Program-made: the position numbers and the translations under genes
Shown here: positions 30,532 through 42,917 of the stretch, piece after piece
Position numbering within the stretch: the stretch's first letter is position 1
How the letters are laid out: every line of letters starts with the position of its first letter
Assembly (NCBI GenBank): GCA_964346755.1
Contig: CAYFWJ010000004.1
Location: 1-58,929 of the forward strand
Length of the DNA: 58,929 nt
Direction of reading: 5' to 3'
Source of the DNA: an uncultured Ectothiorhodospiraceae bacterium
Lineage (GTDB): Bacteria > Pseudomonadota > Gammaproteobacteria > CAYFWJ01
The notes under the pieces: model-generated
What the model saw: the letters and a program-made list of their open reading frames with translations, nothing else
Told to the model about the DNA's origin: nothing
The model's database searches: none

Positions 30532-31570
30532 GCGGGCCTTGGCCCGTGCGCTCGTGGCGGCGTGGTATCGCGCCGAGCTTCGTCCGATCACCCGTCTCCT
30601 CATGCCCGCCAGCTGGTTGGTCTGTGCCGTGGCGTGGCGGCGCTGGCGCCGGCATCAGGCCCATCCCGCGCCATCCCTACGGGTTCCCGTTTTGGTTGTC
30701 GGCAATCTGACGGTGGGGGGATCGGGCAAAACGCCCCTTGTGATCGCGCTCATCGAGGTATTGCGCTCCTACGGATGGGTCCCGGGGGTGGTCAGTCGGG
30801 GCCATGGGGGAGAACGCAGGGGGGTTGTCCCGGTCAGCCGGGGAAGCGATCCGGATTGGGTCGGCGATGAGGCGGTTCATATCGTCCACCGAACCGAAGT
30901 ACCGATGTGGGTCGGGGCCGACCGAAGTCGAGCCGCTCGCACCTTGCTCGCGCACGCCCACCCCCCCGTGTCGCTTATCATCGCCGATGATGGGCTACAA
31001 CACTATCGATTGCCGCGTGACGTCGAGATCGCCGTCATCGATGGATCGCGGGGCTTCGGGAATCGCCGTTGTCTACCCGCTGGGCCGTTACGCGAGCCCC
31101 TGGCCCGTCTGACGACGGTCGACTGGTGCGTGGTCCGGGGGCGTCGTCCGGCCGATGACACTTGGCCTGGCGAGCTTCCCGCGGACTGTGCTGCGATGCA
31201 ATTGGTTCTCGGGCATGCCCGCCATCTCCGCTCGGGCGGGCGTCGGGCCCTCGTGGATTTCGCCGGATCCACGGTTCACGCCATCGCCGGGATCGCGAAC
31301 CCGCACGGGTTTTTTACGGCTTTGCGGGAGCAGGGGCTGCAGGTGATCGAACATCCGTTTCCCGATCACCATCGGTATGCGGCCTCAGAGTGCGCTATTG
31401 CAACGCGAGAGCCGATCGTTATGACGGAAAAAGATGCCGTAAAATGCACCCGCTGGGCGGATGACCGCCATTGGGCTGTGCCGGCCACGGCTCGGTTGGA
31501 TTCCCGTTTCTTCGATTCCATCCATCATCGCCTTCAGAGGATCGCCCATGATCGACAAGCGATTGCTTGA
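30521..31570 (+). CDS. lpxK: tetraacyldisaccharide 4'-kinase
   Basis: P-loop [13 protein letters not shown] and ...IIADDGLQH... Confidence 0.93.
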   Translation: MSGRRALARALVAAWYRAELRPITRLLMPASWLVCAVAWRRWRRHQAHPAPSLRVPVLVVGNLTVGGSGKTPLVIALIEVLRSYGWVPGVVSRGHGGERRGVVPVSRGSDPDWVGDEAVHIVHRTEVPMWVGADRSRAARTLLAHAHPPVSLIIADDGLQHYRLPRDVEIAVIDGSRGFGNRRCLPAGPLREPLARLTTVDWCVVRGRRPADDTWPGELPADCAAMQLVLGHARHLRSGGRRALVDFAGSTVHAIAGIANPHGFFTALREQGLQVIEHPFPDHHRYAASECAIATREPIVMTEKDAVKCTRWADDRHWAVPATARLDSRFFDSIHHRLQRIAHDRQAIA

Positions 31571-31757
31571 GATACTTGTCTGCCCCGTGACCAAGGGGCC
31601 TTTGGTCTACGACCGAAAATCCGAGGAGCTCATCTCGAAGTCGGCGCGTCTCGCCTATCCCATTCGCGACGATATTCCTGTGATGTTGCCGGAAGAAGCC
31701 CGCGAGCTGAGTCTCGACGAGGTTGAGTCCCTCCGTCGTGATGAGCCCCGCGTTTAG
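31548..31757 (+). CDS. ycaR: Trm112/YcaR-family small zinc-ribbon-like protein (UPF0434)
   Basis: [22 protein letters not shown]....[20 protein letters not shown], 69 aa, in the conserved position between lpxK and kdsB. Confidence 0.85.
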   Translation: MIDKRLLEILVCPVTKGPLVYDRKSEELISKSARLAYPIRDDIPVMLPEEARELSLDEVESLRRDEPRV

Positions 31758-32517
31758 GGTCGTCATCCCGGCGCGCATGGGGTCGACCCGGCTTCCGGGT
31801 AAACCCCTCCGATGGATCGCGGGGCATCCCCTGATCGGTCATGTGTGTTGTCGGGCGCAAGCCAGTCGGGCCTTCGAGGTGGTCGTTGCGACCGACGATG
31901 AAAGGATCGCTGAGGCCGTCCGGCCCTATGGCGTTACTGCGGTTTTGACGCGCCCCGATCACGCCTCCGGCACCGATCGCATCGCCGAGGTGTGTACGCA
32001 GCTCGACTGGCCCGATGAGGGTCTGATCGTCAACCTTCAAGGGGATGAGCCCTTGATGTCCCCGAGTGCGATCGATGCCGTCGCGCGCGATTTGGATCGA
32101 CATCCGGATGCCGCAGTATCCACGCTCGTCGTTCCCCTCGAAGCGCGCAACGAGCTCGGGGAACCGAGTATCGTCAAGGTGGTGTGTGATGAGTCTGGAT
32201 ATGCGTTGTACTTCAGCCGAGCCCCGATTCCGTGGCAGCGATCTGAGGCGAACGCAGGGGATGCGGGCGAGCGACCCGTGGCCTGGTCCGTCGGACGACG
32301 CCACGTTGGGCTCTATGCCTATCGGGTGGGTTACCTGAGACGATTCACGGCGTGTCCCCCGAGCCCGTTGGAGCAGGTCGAGCAACTCGAGCAACTGCGG
32401 GCCTTGTCGATGGGACAACGGATCCATGTGCTCGAAATGGATGCATTACCGGGCCCGGGTGTCGACACGCCTGAGGATCTGGTGCGGGTCGAACAGCTTC
32501 TGAAGGCCGACTGCTAA
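31741..32517 (+). CDS. kdsB: 3-deoxy-manno-octulosonate cytidylyltransferase
   Basis: [23 protein letters not shown]...[10 protein letters not shown]...VNLQGDEP...EQLEQLRAL. The ATG at 31741 overlaps the ycaR 3' end. Confidence 0.93.
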   Translation: MSPAFRVVIPARMGSTRLPGKPLRWIAGHPLIGHVCCRAQASRAFEVVVATDDERIAEAVRPYGVTAVLTRPDHASGTDRIAEVCTQLDWPDEGLIVNLQGDEPLMSPSAIDAVARDLDRHPDAAVSTLVVPLEARNELGEPSIVKVVCDESGYALYFSRAPIPWQRSEANAGDAGERPVAWSVGRRHVGLYAYRVGYLRRFTACPPSPLEQVEQLEQLRALSMGQRIHVLEMDALPGPGVDTPEDLVRVEQLLKADC

Positions 32518-32722
32518 GCACGCGGTTCCGCGCCGACCTGGCGCGTGTCGCAAGCGCACGGCAACCGGAATCGCGTGCGATGCGACGCCGTTATGGGACC
32601 GGATCGATCGCGTTGCACGTATCCTCTGGGAAGGGATTTTCGGCTTGTTGTCCGCTCCACTCGAGGATTCCCCGATTCGGCTCTTGGGAGCGGGGGAGCG
32701 GAGATCCCGAACGGGCCTGGGA

Positions 32723-32758
32723 TTCGTGACGCCCCGAAAGAACTCGGCGCGTCACGAA
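32723..32758. terminator. 10-bp perfect inverted repeat (TTCGTGACGC-N16-GCGTCACGAA), candidate bidirectional terminator or structured element
   Basis: Read directly from the sequence. It lies between convergent kdsB (stop 32517) and the 322-aa ORF (stop 32894). There is no U-tract on either side, so an intrinsic terminator function is uncertain. Confidence 0.3.
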
Positions 32759-32893
32759 GGCTGTGCCGAGCTCGAAGCCCGGTCCGTTACCACACCACGC
32801 CTTGATTGACGCTTCCCCCCGCTTCGTCCACGCGATACCCGGTGTGCTCATCGCTCCGTCCGGAGCCGGCCCGCTCCTCGCCTGTGCGCTCTC

Positions 32894-33862
32894 CTAATCG
32901 ACGAGGCCGAGTCCCTTGAGATTTCGCTTCACGTGGCTTCCGTTGGACCACGGATGGCCTTTTGAGGTGTGACGTCCTTCGCTGTTGAGCACTCGGGCGA
33001 TCTCGTTCCATATCACTTCCGCTCCGCTTCGCTCACGTTCTTCCATCAACTGGACGGCACGATGGGCCCACTCGGGGTTGTCGCCATTGCTCTTCGGGGT
33101 CGTTCCTCGTGAACGCCGCGTTTTCTCCGCCGCTGGCGTTGTCTTGGTTCCCTTTGCTGCCCGAGCACTCGCTTGACCCGTATCGTCACCCAGTTGCAGG
33201 GCATCTTGCCGCAGCGTGATGATATGACGCGGCCGAAGCCCTTTCTTCAGCGAGATCTGGGCACGTGTGTCGGAGCGGCTGAGTTCGGCTGGATCTCGGA
33301 CCGAATCCAGGGTGATCATTTTCTCGCGCCACATGCTGCGTAGCGCGGAATCGACGCGGCTGCGTTGTGTATTGGTCAACTTGCTTCGCAATTCCGACAA
33401 GCGAACCGCTTGACCGGTTTGGCCTCCGGCCAGTTCAAGCAAGGTATCTCGGATCCGGATTTGAAGTTGCCGCTCAGAGCGCCCGCGTCCCCGACGACGC
33501 CGCGCTGTACTGGCCGATTCGGCTTCCGATTGCTCGGTTGTGGCGCTCGTCTCGTCTTTTTGAGCCTTGGCGCGGCGGGGCTCCGGTTCCGCTGGGGGTG
33601 TCGTCTGGGGTTCCGCGGGTTCTGAGGCTTTCGCTTCTTCACTCCCGGCTTCCGTGGTCACCTCGACGGGCTTGTCTTCGAGAAGTGCATCTCGGATAGC
33701 CTGCTCAAACGCCGGTGCGACGTTCTGTTCGACCCGTTTCCACAGCACCTCGATCGCCAGATCGACGACATGCCCAGCGTCTTGGTTCAGGTAGGCCTCG
33801 ATCTTTTGCAGCCGTTGCTTGGTGTCCGGGTTAACGGCGATTTCGACCTCTTCTCTCGACAT
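32894..33862 (-). CDS. hypothetical multi-domain DNA-binding protein (RHH-like N-terminus, winged-helix-like middle, recombinase-type HTH-like C-terminus)
   Basis: GAGGAA RBS before the ATG at 33862. N-terminus EVEIAVNPDTKQRLQKIEAYL..GHVVDLAIEVLWKRV resembles a CopG/RHH fold. Long acidic then basic low-complexity linkers follow. The C-terminal IARVLNSEGRHTSKGHPWSNGSHVKRNL resembles the motif seen in serine-recombinase accessory domains. I do not recognise the family as a whole. Confidence 0.6.
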   Translation of the reverse strand: MSREEVEIAVNPDTKQRLQKIEAYLNQDAGHVVDLAIEVLWKRVEQNVAPAFEQAIRDALLEDKPVEVTTEAGSEEAKASEPAEPQTTPPAEPEPRRAKAQKDETSATTEQSEAESASTARRRRGRGRSERQLQIRIRDTLLELAGGQTGQAVRLSELRSKLTNTQRSRVDSALRSMWREKMITLDSVRDPAELSRSDTRAQISLKKGLRPRHIITLRQDALQLGDDTGQASARAAKGTKTTPAAEKTRRSRGTTPKSNGDNPEWAHRAVQLMEERERSGAEVIWNEIARVLNSEGRHTSKGHPWSNGSHVKRNLKGLGLVD

Positions 33863-34830
33863 ATTCGATTCCTCATGGGGGGTTGAGTGCGGCTCGACCT
33901 TCTTACAACCAATTGACCTTCGGGCAAATCATCGCGATAAGTGACTTAAGTGGCCCGAACCCAACCGATGCTCAACTTCGGAGACATCGGTGCTCCGTTC
34001 TGGGGCGAGTCAATTTTCGAAGTCGTCGATAATGTGCAACGCATTACACGATACATCCCTGGACACCAATTTTTCAATAGAGTTTTCGCGTCGCAGTGCC
34101 CGTTGAATTCCTGGCCCAGTCCCCGGGTCGGTTTGACGGGCCGCGTGCGGCTCGGGTTTTTAGGGACCCGTGATCGCTCAGGCAGCGCGTTGGCAATCCG
34201 CGCTCAACCGGGGAATGACTCGGTATCTCATGAAGATAGTAGCGATCGTGGGGGCTGTGAAACGATCCGGGCGTGCGTTAACGCCATTGGTGACCTGACG
34301 GAGCTCATGGATCGATTGAGGCATCCGCCCGATCGTTCGCCCAAAATGCGGCATCCACGGAATGCACGCGTAAGTCATCGAAGAAGCCAAAATGGGCGCG
34401 GGGCGCACCAGCTCGGCGCGAGGGACCCAAATGTGTGGGGCGTCGCGCATGGCGTTAGCGGTTCCGTGGTGGGACGGCCGAGGCCCTGGCGAGCTTGCCC
34501 TCGAGGTGTTGCAGCGGCGGCACGCCTTCAGGCAATGCGGTGACGGGCTAGGGGCCGATCGCCTTGTTGGTCGGATGAGTCGGACGTACCGTCCTGGCGA
34601 TGGGGTCGAATGGCGGGTCTAGGGCCGATCCAGCGCGTGTGCGGTACGGGGCTGGAGCGTTTCGGAGCGGTCCGAGTCCCGGGTTTTCCTGGATGCACTC
34701 CCCCTCGGGAGCCGTCGCTGGGTGGAGGGGTAGAGGGAGCGGCCCCATCCACCCAACACGGCGAGCGGTTCCCGCGTTCTTTGGCCTGCACTTGGAGCGG
34801 TGATAGGACATTGCCCGGATGGGGCGGCGG

Positions 34831-35601
34831 TTAGCCCGACGAGGGGCTGACCGGCTGGATCGGGACCTGCACCGAACGCACGGATTCCCCGATCGTCAGG
34901 CGTAACCTCAGCGTCTTGACGGAGTTGGCCTCATCGCGTCCGGGGAAGAACAGAAAGCCGTGGGTGAGCGTGCCAGGTTCGATGGCGCGGTCGCCAATCG
35001 ACTGGCGCATCATGTCCTGCCGAATCTCGCGATTCAATTCCTCGTAGCGTTGTGCCCCGCTACCCAGTGTGCCGGCTGCTGCCCCGATCGCCGCTCCTTT
35101 CCCGGTGGCTTCACCGATACCTTCGCTGCCCACGATCCCGACTGCGGCTCCGGCGACGGCCCCGGCTAATCCGGTTAGGAGCGATCCCCGAACGCCAGCC
35201 TCGATGGATTCCCCCTGACGCACGGCGGTTCGAATTCGTTCCGCCGCTTGTTCCGGCCTCAACAGCGGCCATCCGTTACCCTCCTGATCCACTAACAAGG
35301 TTTGTGCCATATCCAGGCGTACCGGTTGATCGTTCTGGTTATCGACGACGAATTGGACCGGTAGGACACCGGCTTGGCGGATCTTGAAGCCGAAGGTCGA
35401 CCGTGCCACGGAAGGGTCTGCATAGCCTCGGGCAATCAGGTGGACGTTGGCGATGGAGACGACGTCCGCTTGTTGCTCAGGCAAGGGGATTGGGGCCACG
35501 CGTTGCTCGTAGGTCGAACACCCGGGCAAGAAAAGCAGCGTCGAAGCCAGGAGTCCGATGGACGCAACCGCGCTTCCTCGACGCCATTCTCGGGTCAACA
35601 T
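34831..35601 (-). CDS. glycine-zipper lipoprotein, function unknown
   Basis: From the ATG at 35601: MLTREWRRGSAVASIGLLASTLLFLPGCS (lipobox). A beta-rich domain is followed by GLAGAVAGAAVGIVGSEGIGEATGKGAAIGAAAGTLGSG (glycine zipper) and a C-terminal beta domain. Confidence 0.65.
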   Translation of the reverse strand: MLTREWRRGSAVASIGLLASTLLFLPGCSTYEQRVAPIPLPEQQADVVSIANVHLIARGYADPSVARSTFGFKIRQAGVLPVQFVVDNQNDQPVRLDMAQTLLVDQEGNGWPLLRPEQAAERIRTAVRQGESIEAGVRGSLLTGLAGAVAGAAVGIVGSEGIGEATGKGAAIGAAAGTLGSGAQRYEELNREIRQDMMRQSIGDRAIEPGTLTHGFLFFPGRDEANSVKTLRLRLTIGESVRSVQVPIQPVSPSSG

Positions 35602-36054
35602 GAGTCGGTTATCCTCCCAGTGATCGTGGGTTATCGTGACATGTCTGTGAGACCGGTCTTCTGGGGCAACGACTCCGTTTCCTCCCACGCCGGCGGGGAA
35701 CGAAGCGGCTTCCTGTGGGATCCATGGGACTCTGGATCAGGTGCGTGTCGATCCTGAAGACTTTTCGGTTGCCAAGAGCTTGGGGCGCCGTGGCGTCAAT
35801 ACACGCGTTGGTGAGGCACGATCGGCACGGATCGTGCTGACGGTCCCGTCACGCCAGCGGAACCTCGAGCCATGGGTTCATGGACGGTTCGGCGGTCGAT
35901 GGTTGGCTCGCTTACCTCACACACGGCGTGTGTGAACCCGGCCACTGCAATCGGAGTCCGTGAACGAGGCGGCCAGCGCCTGTTGGGCGCGGTCGGTTGG
36001 CGAGGCGAGGATTGCATCAGCGCAGTCGACAAGGCGCGTGGCGTATCGGCCCCG

Positions 36055-36084
36055 TTCCGATAAGCCGGGGCAGATGCGTATAAT
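36055..36084 (+). promoter_or_regulatory. sigma70-like promoter candidate (TTCCGA-N18-TATAAT)
   Basis: A perfect TATAAT at 36079-36084 is a rare hexamer in this GC-rich context, with a weak -35 element 18 nt upstream. It points toward a leader of about 200 nt and the small ORF at 36285. Confidence 0.25.
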
Positions 36085-36284
36085 GGGTCATTATCGGATT
36101 AACGGACCGCAGCAGCGGGATCGCGGGTTAGCGGACGGCCTATCTGGGGCAATCCCGGGATACGTTCTAACCGAGCTCGGTGCCGAGGATACCTGGCCGT
36201 ATCGTGACTGCGATCGATCAACCTATCAATCGACCGGGGTTCTCACCCATTCATTGGGGCTCCCCGGGCAAGAGACCTGTTTGG

Positions 36285-36569
36285 ATGGTGAAGCAATACC
36301 GAAACACCCCTTCCGACCCATCACGCACCCGTTCGAAGCGGGCCCGAAGCCTGCGCCAATGCGCGACGCAATTCGAGTGTCGTCTCGGCTTGGCCCTCCG
36401 GCTCGCCGTCGTGCTCGTGCTTCTGAGTGTCGCCGGGGTGATCATCTACGTCGAGTGGACCGGGGAAGACGCCCCGTCTCCCCCTCACCCCGATCCTCTC
36501 GATGATTCCTCAGCGATGAGCCGTGCCACAGAGGAACCCCCCGATACGGTGGATCAGGCCTTACCCTGA
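36285..36569 (+). CDS. hypothetical small single-pass membrane protein
   Basis: [22 protein letters not shown]...[21 protein letters not shown]...acidic/Pro-rich tail. Third positions are GC-rich like real genes here, but the RBS is weak and I recognise no family. The 3' end overlaps the convergent acs by 16 nt. Confidence 0.3.
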   Translation: MVKQYRNTPSDPSRTRSKRARSLRQCATQFECRLGLALRLAVVLVLLSVAGVIIYVEWTGEDAPSPPHPDPLDDSSAMSRATEEPPDTVDQALP

Positions 36570-38518
36570 AGTTGGTCCAGGATCGCCTCGTTCTCGAGGG
36601 TGGATGTGTCCTGCGTAATGGCCTTACCTTGAGCGATTGTTCGCAGCAGGCGGCGCATGATCTTCCCCGAACGGGTCTTGGGTAGATTGTCGGCAAACCG
36701 GAAATCATCCGGATTGGCAATCGCTCCAATATGCTCCGCGACCCAGTTCTTCAACTCCTTGGCCAACTCCTCGTCGACGCCCCCCTTGGGACGCTCGCCC
36801 TTTAGGACGATGTAGGCGAAGATCGATTCCCCCTTGATGTCATGGGGCCGACCCACAACGGCCGCCTCAGCCACACGCGGGTGGGCCACAAGGGCGGATT
36901 CGATCTCCATGGTCCCGAGCCGATGGCCGGAGACGTTCAAGACGTCATCGATGCGCCCAAGGATCCAGACATAGCCGTCTTTGTCCTTATAGGCGCTGTC
37001 GCCCGCCACGTAATACCGATTATGGAATTTGGCCCAATAGGTGTCTCGGTAGCGCTTGTCATCCCCCCAGATGGTTCGCAGCATCGAGGGCCACGGGCGT
37101 TTGATGACGAGATATCCACCCTCCTCGGGCGTGGTGATTGGCTCGCCTTCCTCGTCGACCACATCGGCGTCGATGCCGGGCAGGGGCCGTGTGCACGAGC
37201 CGGGTTTTAGATCGGTCGCCCCGGGGATCGGGGCAATCATGTGAGCCCCCGTCTCCGTCTGCCACCAGGTGTCCACGATCGGGCAGCGCCCGCCCCCGAT
37301 GATGTCCCGGTACCACATCCACGCCTTGGGGTTGATGGGTTCGCCCACCGTTCCCAAAAGGCGGAGACGCGACAGGTCGTAGGACTGCGGGATGGCGTCG
37401 CCGAGCTTCATCAAGGCCCGGATGGCGGTGGGAGCGGTGTAGAAGACGCTGACACCATGGTCTTGGCAGAGCTTCCAGAACCGGCCGCCGTCCGGTACGT
37501 TGGGAGCGCCTTCGTAGATGATCTGCGTGGCCCCCACAGCGGTGGGGCCGTAAGCGACGTAGCTGTGACCGGTGATCCATCCCACGTCGGCGGTGCACCA
37601 GTAGACATCGTCCTCACGGATGTCGAACACCCATTTCATCGAGACGATGGGATCCAGCAGATAGCCGCCGCTCGCGTGTTGGATCCCCTTGGGCTTGCCC
37701 GTTGAACCCGATGTGTAGAGCAGAAAGAGGGGATGTTCCGCTGCTACCCACTCGGGCGGGCATTCCACCGGCTGTTCGGCGATGGCGGTGTCCCAGTCGA
37801 TATCTCGTCCCTCCTGCATCGGTACATCGTGGCCGATCCGGCGGTAGACGATGACCGTTTCGATGCTGGGGCAGCCCTGGGCGAGCGCTTTGTCCGTAGC
37901 CGCCTTGAGTTCGATGACGCGACCGCCACGATGGCCGCCGTCTGCGGTAATCAATAAGCGGGCGCCGGCGTCTTCGATGCGATCCTTCAAAGAATCCCCG
38001 GAAAAACCGCCGAAAACAACCGAGTGGATCGCCCCGATGCGTGCGCAAGCCAACATCGCGACCACGGCCTCAGCGATCATCGGCATATAGATCACGACCC
38101 GGTCGCCTTTGCCGATGCCCTGCGCCTTGAGCGCGTTGGCGAATCGTCCGACTTCCGCGTGGAGCTCGTGGTAACTGATGTGCCGTACATCCCCAGGCTC
38201 ACCTTCGAAGATGATGGCCGTCTTGTCGCCCCGCTCCTCGAGGTGTCGATCCAGGCAGTTGTAGGCGACGTTCAAGCGACCGTCGTAGAACCACTGGTAA
38301 TGGGGCGCTTGTGTGGTGTCCAGGACCTGGGTGAAGGGTTCGAACCAGTGCAATTCATTCCGCGCCAATTCGCCCCAGAAACCCTCGAAATCCTGCGACG
38401 CCTTCCGATACAAGGACTCGAGCGCCTCCGGTGTGATCCGCGCTTGGGCGGCGAACTCGGCCGGTGGCGGGAAGACGCGTGCTTCGTGCAGGTGTGATTC
38501 GATGGTTTCGTGACTCAT
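36554..38518 (-). CDS. acs: acetyl-CoA synthetase (AMP-forming)
   Basis: [19 protein letters not shown]...[13 protein letters not shown]...[15 protein letters not shown]...GEPINP...DTWWQTETG...SGHRLGT...[12 protein letters not shown], 654 aa from the ATG at 38518. Confidence 0.96.
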   Translation of the reverse strand: MSHETIESHLHEARVFPPPAEFAAQARITPEALESLYRKASQDFEGFWGELARNELHWFEPFTQVLDTTQAPHYQWFYDGRLNVAYNCLDRHLEERGDKTAIIFEGEPGDVRHISYHELHAEVGRFANALKAQGIGKGDRVVIYMPMIAEAVVAMLACARIGAIHSVVFGGFSGDSLKDRIEDAGARLLITADGGHRGGRVIELKAATDKALAQGCPSIETVIVYRRIGHDVPMQEGRDIDWDTAIAEQPVECPPEWVAAEHPLFLLYTSGSTGKPKGIQHASGGYLLDPIVSMKWVFDIREDDVYWCTADVGWITGHSYVAYGPTAVGATQIIYEGAPNVPDGGRFWKLCQDHGVSVFYTAPTAIRALMKLGDAIPQSYDLSRLRLLGTVGEPINPKAWMWYRDIIGGGRCPIVDTWWQTETGAHMIAPIPGATDLKPGSCTRPLPGIDADVVDEEGEPITTPEEGGYLVIKRPWPSMLRTIWGDDKRYRDTYWAKFHNRYYVAGDSAYKDKDGYVWILGRIDDVLNVSGHRLGTMEIESALVAHPRVAEAAVVGRPHDIKGESIFAYIVLKGERPKGGVDEELAKELKNWVAEHIGAIANPDDFRFADNLPKTRSGKIMRRLLRTIAQGKAITQDTSTLENEAILDQLQGKA

Positions 38519-38585
38519 AGGGATATCTCCGCGAGCTGGGCTCGAATGGGATCCGCTCGATACAGCGGGACGGCCGATCCCCTGA

Positions 38586-40829
<2,244 letters not shown>

Positions 40830-40886
40830 CGGGCAGCGCGCGTGGGTCGCGGCCCGTATTCGCGCGCGAGATCGCTCGTCGGTGGG

Positions 40887-42917
40887 TCAGTCGGGCGGCG
40901 AGGCGATAGCCGTTGGGGCCGGATCGGTGGATCCGAGCGTGGGTTCGGTCCATCCACTCGGACAGCCGAGCGTTCCGGTTCCAGGTGCCTCCCCCGCTGG
41001 GGTTATCGCAAGCCGCCAGAGGGTTGGATACCGCGCCGGATCCGCGGCGACTCGCGGCCAGGCCTGGTGTAATGCGCGTCTCGCGTCGGGCAAGCCTGCC
41101 TCGGGATAGCAGGGCGTCAGAGCGAGCACCATGGCCACGGGGGAGGGAAGGGTCTTCTCGGGCCAGACGGGCCGCTGCATGGCGATTGCAAGCCCCGTGG
41201 CCTCGCTACGCCGCCAACCCGCGTCGGTATGGAAGCGTCGCCAGGCCTCAGTGAGCACCCGCGTTATCGCGGAACGCAGCCGCTCGCGGCTCGCTTCCGG
41301 GGCGATACGCCGCCACTGCTCCAAGCCATAGGCGAGATAGGCATAGTCCGCGAGGGCCCCGTCCCCCACGCCGCGGGTACCGACCCAGGCGCGCGGGAGG
41401 GAATGCCTGGCGCCAGAGGTCCCAGCCCCACCTTCGGGCTCGTTCTGGAGACGCTCGGTGAGGAACTGTGCCAGGGCAGCGCTGGCTGAGGCAAAGCGTG
41501 CCGGGGCTGTCTCGACAGCCGCGGCTTGCGCGAAAGCGGCCAGCAAGAGCCCGTTCCAGCCGACGATCTGTTTGGTATCCCGGGGCGGTACCGAGCGTTT
41601 TGTTCGGAGCTTGGCTCGCAGGGCAGCATAGTGGCGTTGGGCGCGTTCTTCTGACCAGTCCAGTCGGTTTGCCGCCTCGGTGATCGTGCGCGTTTGGGCG
41701 GGATATTGCCCGTAATCCCCGTCATGCCATTCCCAAAGAACGGCGACCAACCGGCGTTCATCGGCCGTCAGGCCGACCTGCCAGTCCTTGTCGACCCATT
41801 GGTAGTTTCCTCCGTCCCGGCCCTCGGAGTCGACGGCGGATAGGGAAGCCACATAGCCGCCCTCTCGGGTTTGCATCGTCCGTCGCACGAAATCCAAGGT
41901 ATCGAAAGCGACCCGTTGCGATTCCTCGGTGCGGGAATCGCGGTCGCCTCTGAGGTACAGGGATGCGAGCAGCGCCTGATCATAGAGCATCTTTTCGAAA
42001 TGCGGGACATCCCATCCGGGATCTTCGGTGTAACGGAAGAAGCCGCCATGGATTGGGTCCCGTAATCCGCTGCGGGCCATCGATCCCTCGGTCTGGCGCA
42101 AAAAATCCCTCAGATCCGGGTCTTCACGCGGGGCGACCAGCGTTCGGGTGGCCTGGAGCAGCGGCACAAGGGGGAATTTCGTCACCTCACCGAAGCCGCC
42201 TTGGAAGGGATCGGCTCGTTCATGGAGTTGAGCCTGCAGGCGGCGAATCGAGTCGGCTCGACTCGGGATCGTCTCGCGCTCCGAACGGGGCTCGGCGGCG
42301 AAGAGTTCGCGGGCAGCTCGGCGTGCCGCGGACTCGAGCCTCTCCGAGCGATCTTGCCATGCGGCAGAAAACCCCTCGAGGCGTTCCTCTAGGGCATCGC
42401 GGGGCTCATAAACGAAGCCGTGGACCGGGTAGCCCGTAGGCGTCAGGATGACATTCAAGGGCCAGCCACCGTGCCCTGCCGTCGCCTTCGTGAAGCGCAG
42501 CAGCTGGGCATCCAGTTCGGGTTGCAGCTCCCGATCGATCTTCACGGGGATGAACTGCTGGTTCAGGCGCTCCGCGATCCCGGCATCGCGAAAGCTCTCC
42601 TGATGCATCACGTGGCACCAATGGCAGGCGTAGTAGCCGGATGATAGGAACACGGGTCGCTCCCGGCGCTTCGCCTCGGCGAGGGCCTCGTCCCCCCAGG
42701 TTCGCCAGGCCACGGGATCCTCCGCATGCAACCGGAGGTAGGGGGACGGATGCGCGGCGAGATCCTCGGCGAATCCCGGCGTGGGTCGCAGCAGTGTCAT
42801 CACCATGAACAGCCCGATGACCCGCGAGGCCTGCAGACCGACTCCTTGGGTCATGCCAAGTGGGTGTCCCCCCAAAAGCCGCGGTCCGGGGTTCAATGGT
42901 TTGGGGCGCCGGATCAT
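40887..42917 (-). CDS. thioredoxin-domain (DUF255)/six-hairpin glycosidase-like protein, YyaL family
   Basis: SPYLRLHAEDPVAWRTWGDEALAEAKRRERPVFLSSGYYACHWCHVMHQESF is the DUF255 signature, followed by a long alpha/alpha-toroid-like region. The N-terminal hydrophobic segment suggests export. Confidence 0.87.
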   Translation of the reverse strand: MIRRPKPLNPGPRLLGGHPLGMTQGVGLQASRVIGLFMVMTLLRPTPGFAEDLAAHPSPYLRLHAEDPVAWRTWGDEALAEAKRRERPVFLSSGYYACHWCHVMHQESFRDAGIAERLNQQFIPVKIDRELQPELDAQLLRFTKATAGHGGWPLNVILTPTGYPVHGFVYEPRDALEERLEGFSAAWQDRSERLESAARRAARELFAAEPRSERETIPSRADSIRRLQAQLHERADPFQGGFGEVTKFPLVPLLQATRTLVAPREDPDLRDFLRQTEGSMARSGLRDPIHGGFFRYTEDPGWDVPHFEKMLYDQALLASLYLRGDRDSRTEESQRVAFDTLDFVRRTMQTREGGYVASLSAVDSEGRDGGNYQWVDKDWQVGLTADERRLVAVLWEWHDGDYGQYPAQTRTITEAANRLDWSEERAQRHYAALRAKLRTKRSVPPRDTKQIVGWNGLLLAAFAQAAAVETAPARFASASAALAQFLTERLQNEPEGGAGTSGARHSLPRAWVGTRGVGDGALADYAYLAYGLEQWRRIAPEASRERLRSAITRVLTEAWRRFHTDAGWRRSEATGLAIAMQRPVWPEKTLPSPVAMVLALTPCYPEAGLPDARRALHQAWPRVAADPARYPTLWRLAITPAGEAPGTGTLGCPSGWTEPTLGSTDPAPTAIASPPD

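Noticed and set aside
34178-34450. The minus-strand 90-aa ORF as a possible integrase or IS3-transposase remnant (..IHELRQV..NGV..TIATIFMRY.. and AP.ILASSMTYACIPW).
   Set aside because: Similarity to tyrosine recombinase boxes or the DDE region is too weak to assert by eye. No flanking inverted or direct repeats or neighbouring fragments were found. It is kept only as a blastx suggestion in the gap finding.
34615-34700. Partial resemblance to the guanidine-I (ykkC) riboswitch: TCTAGGGCCGATCC ... GGTCCGAGTCCCGGG.
   Set aside because: Only two short blocks match loosely. The ACGG/GGGA...CCCGGGAG core is not present as I remember it. No + strand gene (transporter or carboxylase) follows.
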